Assembly: GCA_964652195.1 (NCBI GenBank)
Contig: CAZZBB010000050.1
Location: 305 to 64,304, forward strand
Length of the DNA: 64,000 bases
Direction: 5' to 3'
Origin: an uncultured bacterium
GTDB taxonomy: Bacteria; Poribacteria; WGA-4E; WGA-3G
The position numbers were made by a program, and so were the translations under genes. Under the pieces are notes generated by a model that was not told the DNA's origin, ran no database searches, and worked only from the letters and a program-made list of their open reading frames with translations. Below, one piece after another: positions 20,401 through 29,911 of the stretch (its first letter is position 1; the number at the start of each line of letters is the position of its first letter).

Positions 20401-20502
20401 ATGCATCAGTCCAAAAATGCAAAGACATATTAGAACACCTAAACATAGATTCTGTTTCTGTTTCCATATTGGACTAATTACATTTTTAAAGATATAAATC
20501 AT
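17494..20502 (-). CDS. gspD: Type II secretion secretin GspD, copy 2 (start could be 20529)
   Basis: N0 domain, six KH-like N repeats, secretin signature VVGGII...KVPILGDIPLLGRLFKS...IVFIITPHIV. Confidence 0.9.
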   Translation of the reverse strand: MIYIFKNVISPIWKQKQNLCLGVLICLCIFGLMHTDSLAQDRGQMEVVERDEETGRATKVNFNFTSQDIKNVLEWLSRETDLTIIATEDDIRNKRFSLINLFDVTIEEVIEEVKTVLAQYNLTLVRRNSTLIVTTFDKAIIMTGPVKRITPDPDQVELTDEIQTYIIQLQNASASEQVNALKPLLNNKANIFADNVTNALVITDVSSSVHRIVSILQFADAGERFPLKIAVIPLTSADAQAVAQTLNRVFEDNREDTKPIRGAIGIDPEQIKEAIEEGSGVELIEGMIRVYADTNSNTLILKASEDNLVIVKEIITHLDNAPSLQTEIRTYRLKFASAEEVVTTLEEIITGNNIQGGRRSFDREDILEMLTYRRDEVRTGDLFQGIVGLVNLSRNDRLNVVVVSSDPRNFTIIEKLINELDQKKTSEEIKMYFLKHANAEDMSTNLQELFEGDTGGDEYDRYRPWWDRDSGDDSSGGGFGVQGEVHIVFDVRLNALIITTATQNFPMIDELVAKLDVNMPEQEWGTRIFNLKYADANNVAELLNSHYGGNQSTSGNRYDDWWWIRSRQSTTATSAQTQGSLAGNVTAQPYSNLNAVIVSTGTKRNFDLIEEFIGQIDVPTPPNQVEITKTIRLEYATADAIAQILSQVWQGREQEDEGGFGFSRFIQDTFNDEPTDINSLFGKVTVFAETDTNSLIVTTRRRYMNQVEALIKKLDFVRGQVWIDIKILEVTLDEKTKLGIEATVNERNLGGIELNSRNPLIGDAESKLGLDQEISGFNYSLATKEYMALLHTLMRENKVKTLSTPSLLTRDSRPATWSSGRRIPYLQSVDTNSILGDTATQPLFNYDFIDPPVGINISLTPYIARSKAGEDSKRTIGLDITNISASNFIEFTEFNAPITDDNTLSVYIDVEDGQQLVVGGIIRKKQKEVENKVPILGDIPLLGRLFKSTETEVQDTEIVFIITPHIVDIQNPLDIEKLKQKSDNWQQNGRNGFEKIEEPLKE

Positions 20503-20651
20503 TGATAAGTCCTCACAATCCAAGAACACATTCAGCGGCTTGTCTTCTTATTATTGGTATAAAATTTGTATATCATTTGTATAATATTTGTATAATATGT
20601 GCTATATTCAACTTTGTCTATTATAAAGGAAATTCAGTAAAAATGAAGTTA

Positions 20652-23600
20652 TCAATTATTAGACTTCTTTTCATCTATTCTTTGAAACTCACCTTTATCG
20701 TTTTTTTGCCAGTTTTCTGCTTTCTGTCTTAATTTTTCAAGATCTTCAGGATTCTGTATATCCACGATATGCGGAGTGATGATAAAGACTATCTCTGTAT
20801 CTTGGACTTCAGTTTCAGTGCTCTTGAATAGTCTTCCAAGTAAAGGAATATCCCCAAGTATTGGTACTTTATTTTCAACTTGCTTTTGTTTCTTTCTGAT
20901 GATACCCCCGACAACAAGCTGCTGACCATCTTCGACGTCAATATAGACACTGAGTGAATTGTCATCAGTAATAGGAGCATTAAATTCAGTAAACTCTATA
21001 AAATTGCTCGCGCTAATATTTGTAATGTCTAAACCAATTGTCCTTTTACCATCTTCTCCTGCTTTTGATCTTGCAATATACGGAATAAGACTAATATTAA
21101 TTCCGACTGGCGGATCAATAAAGTCGTAATTAAAGAGTGGTTGTGTTGCTGTATCACCGAGAATACTATTTGTATCAACACTCTGTAAGTATGGAATTCG
21201 TCTACCACTACTCCAAGTTGCTGCCCTACTATCCCGTGTCAAAAGTGAGGGTGTAGAAAGGGTTTTAACTTTATTCTCACGCATTAGTGTGTGTAGTAGT
21301 GCCATATACTCTTTTGTTGCTAAACTGTAGTTAAAACCGGTTATTTCCTGACTTAGACCGAGTTGCGCATTCGTATCTCCAACAAGAGGATTACTCGAAT
21401 TGAGTTCAATACCTCCCAATTTCCTTTCATTTGCTGCGACTTCTATACCAAGTTTTGTCGTTTCATCAAGGGTGACTTCAAGAATCCTAATATCTATCCA
21501 TACTTGTCCCCGTACGAAATCAAGTTCTTTAATTAATGCTCTAACTTGATCAAAATAACGCCTTCTCGTTGTGACGATGAGTGAATTTGTATCTGTATCA
21601 GCAAAAACGGTTACCTTTCCATGCAATGAATTAATATCTGTTGGTTCGTCGCTGCTGGTAGTTTCTCTAAAAAACCTGCTAAAACTAAAACCATCTTGAT
21701 TGTCTTGGTCTTCCCAGACTTGGGAAAGTACTTCAGCAATAGTTTCTGCTGTTGCATATTCAAGGCGGATAGTGTCTGTAATTTCAACTTGCTCTTCAGG
21801 GGTGGGCACGTCAATCTGTTTAATAAAATCTTCGATCATTTCAAAATTTCTTTTGGTGCCAGTAGAAATAATGATTGCATTCAGATTAACAAAAGGTTGA
21901 GCGGATACGTTACCAGCCAAGGAACCCTGTGTCTGAGTGGTTCTTGTATTTGATTCACGAGAACGTCTCCACCACCAATCATCATAAGGATCTCTATTGC
22001 TACTTTGGTTTCCCCCATAATGTGAGTTGAGTAGTTCAGCGACTTTTTCAGCATCAGCATAATTTAAATAAAATATCTTTGTACCCCACTCTTGATCTGG
22101 CATGCTAACATCAAGCTTGGCAATAAGGTCATCAATCATTGGAAAATTAGCAGTGGAAGTCGAAATGAGTAAAGCATTCAGACGAACATCATGAACTATA
22201 TGTACATTTCCTTGCACACCGAAACCCCCGCCTTCTGTCGGTTCTCGATCTCGTCGCTCCCACCAAGGTCGATCTCGATCTTGACCTGTACTACCACCTT
22301 CAAATAAGTCTGTTAAGTTAGCGGAGAGTGCTTCGGCATTGGAATGTTGAAGGAAGTACATTCTCATTTCTTCCTCTGTTTTTTTCTGATCAAGTTCAGT
22401 GATAAGTTTTTCAAGAATTGAGTAATTTCGTGGATCTGTTGAAATAACAACTATGTTTAAACGGTCATTACGAGAAATATTGACTAAACCGATAATTCCT
22501 TGAAATAGATTTTCAGACAGACCACGATCACGACGATAGCGAAGTAAACGGAACATTTCATCTCTGTCCAATGTTCGTCGTCTACTTCTACCTTGGATAT
22601 TATTACCAGTGATTATCTCTTGAAGTGTAGTAACAACATCTTCTGCTGAAGCGAATTTCAGTCGATATGTACGTATTTCGGTTTGCAGAGTTGGTGCTTT
22701 ATCAAGATGTAGTATTATTTCTTTAATAATAACAAGATTATCTTCAGATGCTTTAAGGATGAGTGTATTAGAATCTGCGTCAGCATATACCTTAATCATC
22801 CCATCAATTAAATTTACTCCTAAACCTTGCTCTATAGCTTGCTTAATCTGTTCTGGATCAACACGAGCATTCCCTACAAACTTCTCATCACTATCTTCAT
22901 TATCCTCAAAAACTCTTGTTAGAGTTTGTGCGATTTCTGTTGCATCTGCAGCATTAAGTGGAATTACTGCAATTTTTATCGGAAAACGTTCTCCTTCATC
23001 CGCAAATTGTAAGATGGAGGCAATTCTACGGACATTTGAAGATACATCAGTTACGATAAGGGCATTTGTTGTTTTATCGGCAAAGATATTTGCTCTATTA
23101 CTTAACAAAGGTTTTAATGCGCTGGCTTGATCTGATGCAGAGGCATTCTGTAGCGGTATAATATAAGTCTGGATTTCATCAGTCAGTTCCACTTGTTCTG
23201 GATCAGGTTCAATTTGTTTAACCGGCCCTGTCATCACAATTGCTTTATCAAAAGTTGTTACTACAAGTGTGCTATTTCTTTTTACTAAGGTCAGGTTATA
23301 TTGTGACAGGACTATTTTGACTTCTTCAATTACTTGGTCAATGGTTACGTCATACATGTTGATGAGCGAAAATCTCTTACCTTGAATATCATCTTCGGTA
23401 GCAATTATGGTTAGATCGGTTTCGCGTGATAACCATTCTAAGACATTCTTGATTTCTTCACTGGTAAAGTTGAAGTTAACCTTAGTTGCTCTTCCAGTTT
23501 CTTCATCTCTTTCAGCTACTTCCATCTGTCCGCGATCTTGTGCATAGACTTCTGTATTTAAGAGACCAATCAAGCAAAAACTGACTAAAAAGCCAAAACA

Positions 23601-23657
23601 TATTTTTCGTTTATTTTCTCTTATTTGAGAAAAATAAAACCTTAAGAGAAATATCAT
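20652..23657 (-). CDS. gspD: Type II secretion secretin GspD, copy 1
   Basis: Same architecture and signature as the adjacent paralogue. Confidence 0.9.
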   Translation of the reverse strand: MIFLLRFYFSQIRENKRKICFGFLVSFCLIGLLNTEVYAQDRGQMEVAERDEETGRATKVNFNFTSEEIKNVLEWLSRETDLTIIATEDDIQGKRFSLINMYDVTIDQVIEEVKIVLSQYNLTLVKRNSTLVVTTFDKAIVMTGPVKQIEPDPEQVELTDEIQTYIIPLQNASASDQASALKPLLSNRANIFADKTTNALIVTDVSSNVRRIASILQFADEGERFPIKIAVIPLNAADATEIAQTLTRVFEDNEDSDEKFVGNARVDPEQIKQAIEQGLGVNLIDGMIKVYADADSNTLILKASEDNLVIIKEIILHLDKAPTLQTEIRTYRLKFASAEDVVTTLQEIITGNNIQGRSRRRTLDRDEMFRLLRYRRDRGLSENLFQGIIGLVNISRNDRLNIVVISTDPRNYSILEKLITELDQKKTEEEMRMYFLQHSNAEALSANLTDLFEGGSTGQDRDRPWWERRDREPTEGGGFGVQGNVHIVHDVRLNALLISTSTANFPMIDDLIAKLDVSMPDQEWGTKIFYLNYADAEKVAELLNSHYGGNQSSNRDPYDDWWWRRSRESNTRTTQTQGSLAGNVSAQPFVNLNAIIISTGTKRNFEMIEDFIKQIDVPTPEEQVEITDTIRLEYATAETIAEVLSQVWEDQDNQDGFSFSRFFRETTSSDEPTDINSLHGKVTVFADTDTNSLIVTTRRRYFDQVRALIKELDFVRGQVWIDIRILEVTLDETTKLGIEVAANERKLGGIELNSSNPLVGDTNAQLGLSQEITGFNYSLATKEYMALLHTLMRENKVKTLSTPSLLTRDSRAATWSSGRRIPYLQSVDTNSILGDTATQPLFNYDFIDPPVGINISLIPYIARSKAGEDGKRTIGLDITNISASNFIEFTEFNAPITDDNSLSVYIDVEDGQQLVVGGIIRKKQKQVENKVPILGDIPLLGRLFKSTETEVQDTEIVFIITPHIVDIQNPEDLEKLRQKAENWQKNDKGEFQRIDEKKSNN

Positions 23658-24925
23658 TGATAGATCCTCGCAATCAAGAACAACTCAACAGTTATCTTAT
23701 CTTGTTTATTGTCTGTAGAAATTTTAAGATCTCTCACCATCAACCACTTTGATGAAGTTTCAATTATCCGATTGAGATTTACAAGCTTATCCAATTCAGC
23801 TTTAAACTTCATTTTTATTGAATAACTCTCAGGGGTATATGTTGACGGAGCTAATCTCAATCCTTTTGTAAGCTCTTCAATTTGTGTCTGTATTTTTTCA
23901 AGATACTGTAGCAGAACTAAAATAAGCTGCTTCTTATCTAATTCTTGGTCGTAGTCAGCCATAAGAACATCATAAGTTTCTAAAATTTGACTATTTGGAT
24001 TAAAATTAATTTCAGTGGTTGGTTTTTTCGCACCAAAACCGAAGAAACCTGCTTTAGACTCTGATTGTATCTTATAGAATTCCTTTTCAAATAGAGTACT
24101 TTCTGCACCTACAAGTTGTTGTTCAACCATAGAAAGTAGTAGATCAATAAGTTCCATACGGATTGATATCGGTATTTCCTCAGGCAACGATGCAAACTCT
24201 TCCTCATCAGATTGACTCTGTTTGTTTTCAGTAGTATGGGTATCCGCATAAGAATCTTCATTTGCTTCTTGTTTTTCATCATTTTCAGGTTTATCTGTAT
24301 CCGCATTCTCTATTAAATCTGGACTTTTTAACTTATCATGATTCTTTTCTGATTCATCTCCATTTTCCTCTGACTCATCTAACCATGCATTCATCAGTAG
24401 GTCCATCATTTCTTCTTCTGCTTCGACTTCAGCATTTTCCTGTGCTTGTTTTTCAGCATCAATTTCAGACTGTAAGATGTCTTTATCGGTTTCAAGTCTC
24501 TTCTGGTAGAGAAAGTTGATTAAGTTACGCCGAGCTTGAGGTGATATTTTCTCTGTTTTTTTGCCTGGTATAGGTTCCATATTCAACTGATAATTCTGTG
24601 GAATTCGGGCATCTTTTACTATTGATGTGATTTTTGCACGTATGACAGTTTCAGGAAAATTATCGTTAAAAATCGATTCATCCTTACCTTCATCGGCAAG
24701 TCCAGTTTTCTGGAATAATCCAATTTCAATAGGTATAAGCATCCTTGAGGCGGCTACTAAATCTTTAGATGTTTGAAGAGTTTGTTTTTTCGCAGCCATC
24801 TCTTCGTTTGATAGCATTTTGTATAGACCAGGTCCCCATTGTGTAACTAATGCTATAATTAGTACCACCCCAAGAATACCAAGAAGTAATTTGGTCTGTG
24901 TTGTAAGTTGTAAATCTAAATTCAC
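23654..24925 (-). CDS. Putative GspM/PilO-like inner-membrane protein with large acidic insertion
   Basis: Single N-terminal TM helix, C-terminal segment resembling the PilO/GspM fold (YSIKMKF...LMVRDLKI), position between the gspL-like gene and gspD. Confidence 0.55.
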   Translation of the reverse strand: MNLDLQLTTQTKLLLGILGVVLIIALVTQWGPGLYKMLSNEEMAAKKQTLQTSKDLVAASRMLIPIEIGLFQKTGLADEGKDESIFNDNFPETVIRAKITSIVKDARIPQNYQLNMEPIPGKKTEKISPQARRNLINFLYQKRLETDKDILQSEIDAEKQAQENAEVEAEEEMMDLLMNAWLDESEENGDESEKNHDKLKSPDLIENADTDKPENDEKQEANEDSYADTHTTENKQSQSDEEEFASLPEEIPISIRMELIDLLLSMVEQQLVGAESTLFEKEFYKIQSESKAGFFGFGAKKPTTEINFNPNSQILETYDVLMADYDQELDKKQLILVLLQYLEKIQTQIEELTKGLRLAPSTYTPESYSIKMKFKAELDKLVNLNRIIETSSKWLMVRDLKISTDNKQDKITVELFLIARIYQ

Positions 24926-25000
24926 TATTTTATCCTTATCAATCTTTAGGAGATATAAATCCCGTTAGAATGTGTAAGACTATTGTTATTCTTTTTTCTT

Positions 25001-26794
25001 TTATTCATCATCACCTTCTTCAATATCTTCTATTTCCGATTTCTCTGATTTATCAATCTTCTTTCCGGGTGGTGATATCTTAATGTCATCTTTATTTTCG
25101 TGATTTTCTCCCTTTGATTCTTCCGACCTATCTTCATTTTCAGGTGGTTCTATTTTCAAATCTTCAGTTGTATCTTCTTTTGTAATTGGTGGTGGTTTAG
25201 GATACCTTTCTTGAGCAAACATCTGAATAGCCTTTGTTGTTAAACTACAATTGATTTTTACTTCTATTGTTGCTCTTCGTTCATCTCCAGTAGATGTTCT
25301 CTCACCTTCCTGAATATTTGTGAACATATCAGAACGACTTAAAACTCCTAACATTGAGTCAAGTGATTCATGAGAATTTGATTGTAAACTGAAAGTAATT
25401 CTTGCTTTTTTAAGATCATCAAGATTGTTTACTTCGAATGTTTTCCATGCAACTTTAGTTCTGTCTTTAAAAAGTGTGCTGAGGGCATGCAAAATATCTA
25501 AGGGGGATGCTTGGTGAGTTAGTTTGTCTGCTAATATTAGATTTAGAGCGAGATGTTCATTGGCTTCTGTCTGTAATGTTTGATAATCAGCAATTTGTCC
25601 ATCCAATAAAGTCTCTTTAGCTTTTTGTGAACCACTCCAAGTTATCCCACCGAGGGAAAGGGTAAGTAGCGCTAAGCCACCTACACTTGCTGCAATAAGT
25701 TGCTGACGTTTTTTTGAGAATTCTGCACGTTTTACCCCAACTTCTTGGGGTAACAATGAAATTGGTTCTTCAGATTCAAGTATATGAATTCCAACTCCTA
25801 AAGGTACAGCTAATGTATCACCATGCGTTTCAAGTATAGATGCTGATACTGCTGTTGTATCAACAGAACCAGAATATATTGGATTCCATAGTTTTGTAGT
25901 GATTTGTAGTTGCTCTTCACAAGTCTCAGATAATTCTGGTATTCTTGCACCACCTCCACATAACCAGATTTCTGAGATTTCAAATTCACCATCATTTACT
26001 TCACGACGGGCAGCCGAGATAGACCTTTCTAACTCAGCAATAAACTGTCTTGTCCAAGTACGTGCTGAAGATTGGAACGCAGTGATCTGTTGTTTCTCTT
26101 GTGCTGCCTCCTCTGCTTCAATCTGTAATTCAGTCATAAGATGACGGGTAAGTTGATTACCACTGACAGCAAACCCACGTGAAAACTCCATTTTATTCCC
26201 ATACATCAAACAGAAATCGGTCTGTCCACCACCTATATCCACAATAGCGACACGTTCGGTAGAATTGTTCAACGCGTTTCTCGCAACAGTTGAAATGGCA
26301 AACATGGATGGAATTACAGCAGAAGGAGATATGCCAATTTCTTTAATGGCATCTATATAACGGGTTACAGTATCTCGTCTACTTGAAACAAGTTCTAAGG
26401 AAACTGCTTCTGGTGAACGATGTACATCATGGTAGGTAAATATTGCATCATCTGATTGAAAGGGAAGTTCTGTTTCAGCAGCCATTGCTACCATAGTCGG
26501 TAATTGGTCATCAGTAGTTGCTGGCGGTATATTAGGTAAACGTTTCGTAACAACAAACCTACGAGGCAAGGAAATTGCCACTTCAAGTTTATGTTTGTTG
26601 AATATAGTCTGTTTTAATTTTAACTTATCCCACAATTGTTTAACTGCATCGGAGATTTGTTCTGAATTATCCGGATCTGAATATGCAATAGTTGCAACAT
26701 CAACTAAATTTACTGAGTCTGATGATTTTTCTAAGTGAATTATCTTAGCTGATGAAGTTCCAACATCTATTGCTACAACCTGATTTTTTGCCAT
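25001..26794 (-). CDS. PilM-like actin-fold domain plus TM and PilN-like domain (GspL equivalent)
   Basis: VAIDVGTSSAK, IVDIGGGQT, WLCGGGAR, ISLLP, followed by a TM helix and a periplasmic domain. Confidence 0.8.
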   Translation of the reverse strand: MAKNQVVAIDVGTSSAKIIHLEKSSDSVNLVDVATIAYSDPDNSEQISDAVKQLWDKLKLKQTIFNKHKLEVAISLPRRFVVTKRLPNIPPATTDDQLPTMVAMAAETELPFQSDDAIFTYHDVHRSPEAVSLELVSSRRDTVTRYIDAIKEIGISPSAVIPSMFAISTVARNALNNSTERVAIVDIGGGQTDFCLMYGNKMEFSRGFAVSGNQLTRHLMTELQIEAEEAAQEKQQITAFQSSARTWTRQFIAELERSISAARREVNDGEFEISEIWLCGGGARIPELSETCEEQLQITTKLWNPIYSGSVDTTAVSASILETHGDTLAVPLGVGIHILESEEPISLLPQEVGVKRAEFSKKRQQLIAASVGGLALLTLSLGGITWSGSQKAKETLLDGQIADYQTLQTEANEHLALNLILADKLTHQASPLDILHALSTLFKDRTKVAWKTFEVNNLDDLKKARITFSLQSNSHESLDSMLGVLSRSDMFTNIQEGERTSTGDERRATIEVKINCSLTTKAIQMFAQERYPKPPPITKEDTTEDLKIEPPENEDRSEESKGENHENKDDIKISPPGKKIDKSEKSEIEDIEEGDDE

Positions 26795-26848
26795 GTAATT
26801 AAGCCTCAATTTGCGTAAAGATCTATCTGTATTAAATGTAATCCAAAA

Positions 26849-28417
26849 TTAGTCAATACGCCAATACGGTACCTGTAATTGGTTTTCTGTACGAAGAACA
26901 ATTCCTTCACAGACTGCAGTGACTTTCCCAGTGGGATCAATTCCTGATGATTTTATTCGATAACCATGTGATCTGTAAGTAATCCAATTGACAACTTCTC
27001 GGAATGTTTGGTTATCTATTTCTTCAATTTCTAAAAGATCGGCAAGATTAGCAAATGGATTACCCTTGACAGGATTTTCAGAATTGTTCTGTTCTTCATT
27101 GTTTTCTTCACGGCGAGTGATGATCGCTTGTGCTTTCTGATTATCCATTCCAGGTAATAACGACAATATCTCAATAGGTGCGGTATTAATATTAATGAGT
27201 CCAGAAAGGGTGGTATCATCCGTCGTGGTAATTTTATCAACAATTCTGGAGAATTCTTGTACAGTTGTTACCCTTACATCTTTAATTGCGTCTATATTAG
27301 CGAAATCTCCTTGGGAATCTCTATGGGCAACAATTCGCTCTGCAATCCCATTATCTATACCTTGTAATTCTTCAAGTTCTTCTGCGTCGGCAGTGTTGAT
27401 ATTCACACGGTTATCTCCACCATTGCCATTGTTGTTATTGTTGTTATTGTTATTATTATTGTTATTATTATTGTTCTGAATAGTCAGTCGGTCACGGATA
27501 TTATTAAACACATTATCAGATACCGCTTGTACATCTAATAATCCCGATATACCATCAAAGTCGCGTGCTTGAATAATCGCATTGGCTTCTGCCTGAGTGA
27601 AAACTGATTGATTGTTATTCCCTTGAATACCTTGTATCTGTTGTGCATTGGCAGTATTTATGTTTGTTCTTTGCTGTCCATTTGAATCAATATTACGATC
27701 AGTAGAATAAATAGTGGCGTATGTTATTAAACCACCGGATGTCTGTGGAGCTTGTTGTGTCTGTGATGTTGGTGTAGTATCTGTCGGTGGTGTGGTTTGG
27801 GTTAAGTCTGGTACAGAGGGTTCAACAATTTGTGATCCACTTGTTGCTTGAAGTTGTGGTTGAATTCCATATAGTATTTGTTCTGTCATACCCTCAATTC
27901 GTGCAACATCACGAACAGATCTGAATGGACGTCCTTGAACTATTCTTGCTGCCAGATCACCTGTTTCATTAATCTCTGGTTGAACACCAAGAAACGAAAG
28001 TAAATTACGGATTGTGTCTTCTTGTGCACTATTAAGGTTAACTCTTGAAGCCTCATCTGTAATAGAAACCTGAAAAGCAAGTTGTCTACCCATTTGTATG
28101 CGGTCTTCAATCTGTTGTTGAATTGGTTCTGCCCAAACTTCCCCGAGTGAATCAAAATTAGTTTCATCTATACGTAATGCTATTAACCCAAGTTCAAAAC
28201 CAGATTTTGCAGCATAGTGATATTTAACTCTGTCCGCAAAGTTATTACGGGCCTTGCTTTCTAAATCAAATGAATAGAGAAGCTGCATAGCCAGAACTGA
28301 AAGGATAGTAATTATCCAGAGTGTAGAGACAAGTGATAAACCGGAAGAATTTCTATTCTTAGATAAGGTTGTGGAGGAATAGATCATTGTTTCCTTAAGA
28401 CTTCTATTTGTTAACAT
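26849..28417 (-). CDS. gspK: GspK-like minor pseudopilin with multiple helix-hairpin-helix repeats
   Basis: G|LSLVSTLWII lacks Glu5, DSLGEVWA, ITDEASRVNLN, four N(I/L)N(T/S)A modules. Confidence 0.78.
   Translation of the reverse strand: MLTNRSLKETMIYSSTTLSKNRNSSGLSLVSTLWIITILSVLAMQLLYSFDLESKARNNFADRVKYHYAAKSGFELGLIALRIDETNFDSLGEVWAEPIQQQIEDRIQMGRQLAFQVSITDEASRVNLNSAQEDTIRNLLSFLGVQPEINETGDLAARIVQGRPFRSVRDVARIEGMTEQILYGIQPQLQATSGSQIVEPSVPDLTQTTPPTDTTPTSQTQQAPQTSGGLITYATIYSTDRNIDSNGQQRTNINTANAQQIQGIQGNNNQSVFTQAEANAIIQARDFDGISGLLDVQAVSDNVFNNIRDRLTIQNNNNNNNNNNNNNNNNGNGGDNRVNINTADAEELEELQGIDNGIAERIVAHRDSQGDFANIDAIKDVRVTTVQEFSRIVDKITTTDDTTLSGLININTAPIEILSLLPGMDNQKAQAIITRREENNEEQNNSENPVKGNPFANLADLLEIEEIDNQTFREVVNWITYRSHGYRIKSSGIDPTGKVTAVCEGIVLRTENQLQVPYWRID
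27428..27475 (-). repeat. (AAT/AAC)16 microsatellite encoding a poly-Asn linker in gspK
   Basis: 16 consecutive Asn codons. Confidence 0.9.
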
Positions 28418-28512
28418 ATTCTGATAATTAGTTCTAACTTGTAAAATTCATTTCAATGGATTGTTGAAGAAATAGGTTAGACAAAGGGAAGCCTTCTTTC
28501 TACCAGTTAAAT

Positions 28513-29400
28513 TTACTGGCCACCTGAGTTAGCGTTAACACTTGTAGGAATATACACCATAGTAGACTGAGTTAATGACCCTGGTAGTGTAGGAGTCTGA
28601 GAATCAGAATACGGATCTGATGTAGACGATCTACTTTGTTGTCTATCTTCATCAATTACTGTAATGAGTATCTGAACTGCAATTGGTGTCGCATCTGTTT
28701 GATCCCATGATTCATACATTGATTCTTCATCAATGTACTTTAAATCAAAGTTAATGATTCCATCAATTACTGGGGTGACATCAAAACCAAAAACTGGAAG
28801 ACCACTTTCATCAACTGTTGGTATTACTCCTGTATTCATAATTGAACTGACAACTAATTCAGGATTTAACGAAGTTGATACGACACGATATAATACTAAC
28901 TCCTCAGTTATAGGTGTAGACGGTTCCGCTGTCTGTCCAACATTTGAAATTGGTGGTGGAATATTCCCGTTTTGAATGTCCAATGTTGGAACTTTTGGTC
29001 CAACATAATATGCAACCCGTCTAACATCACTTAATGGTATAGTGATATTATCTGGATTAATTGGTAATTGTAAAGAAAATGGATCAGGATCGGATTTTAC
29101 AAATGTGACAAAACTGATAATATCTCTTTCTCCATCTACTGTAGGTATATCCTCGGTAAAAAGAGTTAACATCTCATCAGATGGACCAGCTTGCATCTGA
29201 CTCAGGTCAAGGAATAATTGCTCAAAAGCATATCTGGATCGTTGAGATTGAATTACTTTAGACTGGGTTCGATGATAGACTTTTATAGCCGTATTGAAAA
29301 CGGCATAAGAAGAACCACTCATTATTACGATAACACTAACAGCAGTTAGCATTTCCACCAGTGTAAGGCCACTTTCAGATCTGTTTTTGTTATTTCTCAT
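28513..29400 (-). CDS. gspJ: Minor pseudopilin GspJ-like
   Basis: Prepilin motif SG|LTLVEML and position in the cluster. Confidence 0.72.
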   Translation of the reverse strand: MRNNKNRSESGLTLVEMLTAVSVIVIMSGSSYAVFNTAIKVYHRTQSKVIQSQRSRYAFEQLFLDLSQMQAGPSDEMLTLFTEDIPTVDGERDIISFVTFVKSDPDPFSLQLPINPDNITIPLSDVRRVAYYVGPKVPTLDIQNGNIPPPISNVGQTAEPSTPITEELVLYRVVSTSLNPELVVSSIMNTGVIPTVDESGLPVFGFDVTPVIDGIINFDLKYIDEESMYESWDQTDATPIAVQILITVIDEDRQQSRSSTSDPYSDSQTPTLPGSLTQSTMVYIPTSVNANSGGQ

Positions 29401-29515
29401 AACTATATGGATGTCACATTCTGTGAACTGAGGATATCCACTCCGAAGTTATATTTTAATAAGTATTTAGAATTATATCTAATGATTTGTAAATTCTGAG
29501 ACTGGGTTTTTTATA

Positions 29516-29911
29516 TCACTGTAATTCTCTATTTGCCATATATGTGGAAGCACCGATTGACTTTACCTGACCTAAATGGGACCATGTAATTGTAACCTCT
29601 ACTCTTAATAATCCCTCTAATTCTTCTGGATCTACTTCCGTAACAATAGACTCCCATTGGTATTGTGAATCTACCCCAAATTCACCACCATCCTGTCCAA
29701 CATCTGGTAATCCATTTGCTTCAATTTCTGCCATTTGGTATTTTAGTAAGTTAAGAGCAGTCAATCTGTTATCCATGAGAGCTTGACTGCGAGAGATATC
29801 ACCAAATACCTTTAATAAGGCTGGTAATACTGCTGCCATTATGGCAATGGTTACAAGAATTTCTGCAAAGGTAAATCCTCTTTCTTTTTGACAGCGGATA
29901 CGGTTAATCAT
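29516..29911 (-). CDS. gspI: Minor pseudopilin GspI-like
   Basis: RG|FTFAEIL, LLRVEVTITW. Start overlaps the gspH stop. Confidence 0.75.
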   Translation of the reverse strand: MINRIRCQKERGFTFAEILVTIAIMAAVLPALLKVFGDISRSQALMDNRLTALNLLKYQMAEIEANGLPDVGQDGGEFGVDSQYQWESIVTEVDPEELEGLLRVEVTITWSHLGQVKSIGASTYMANRELQ

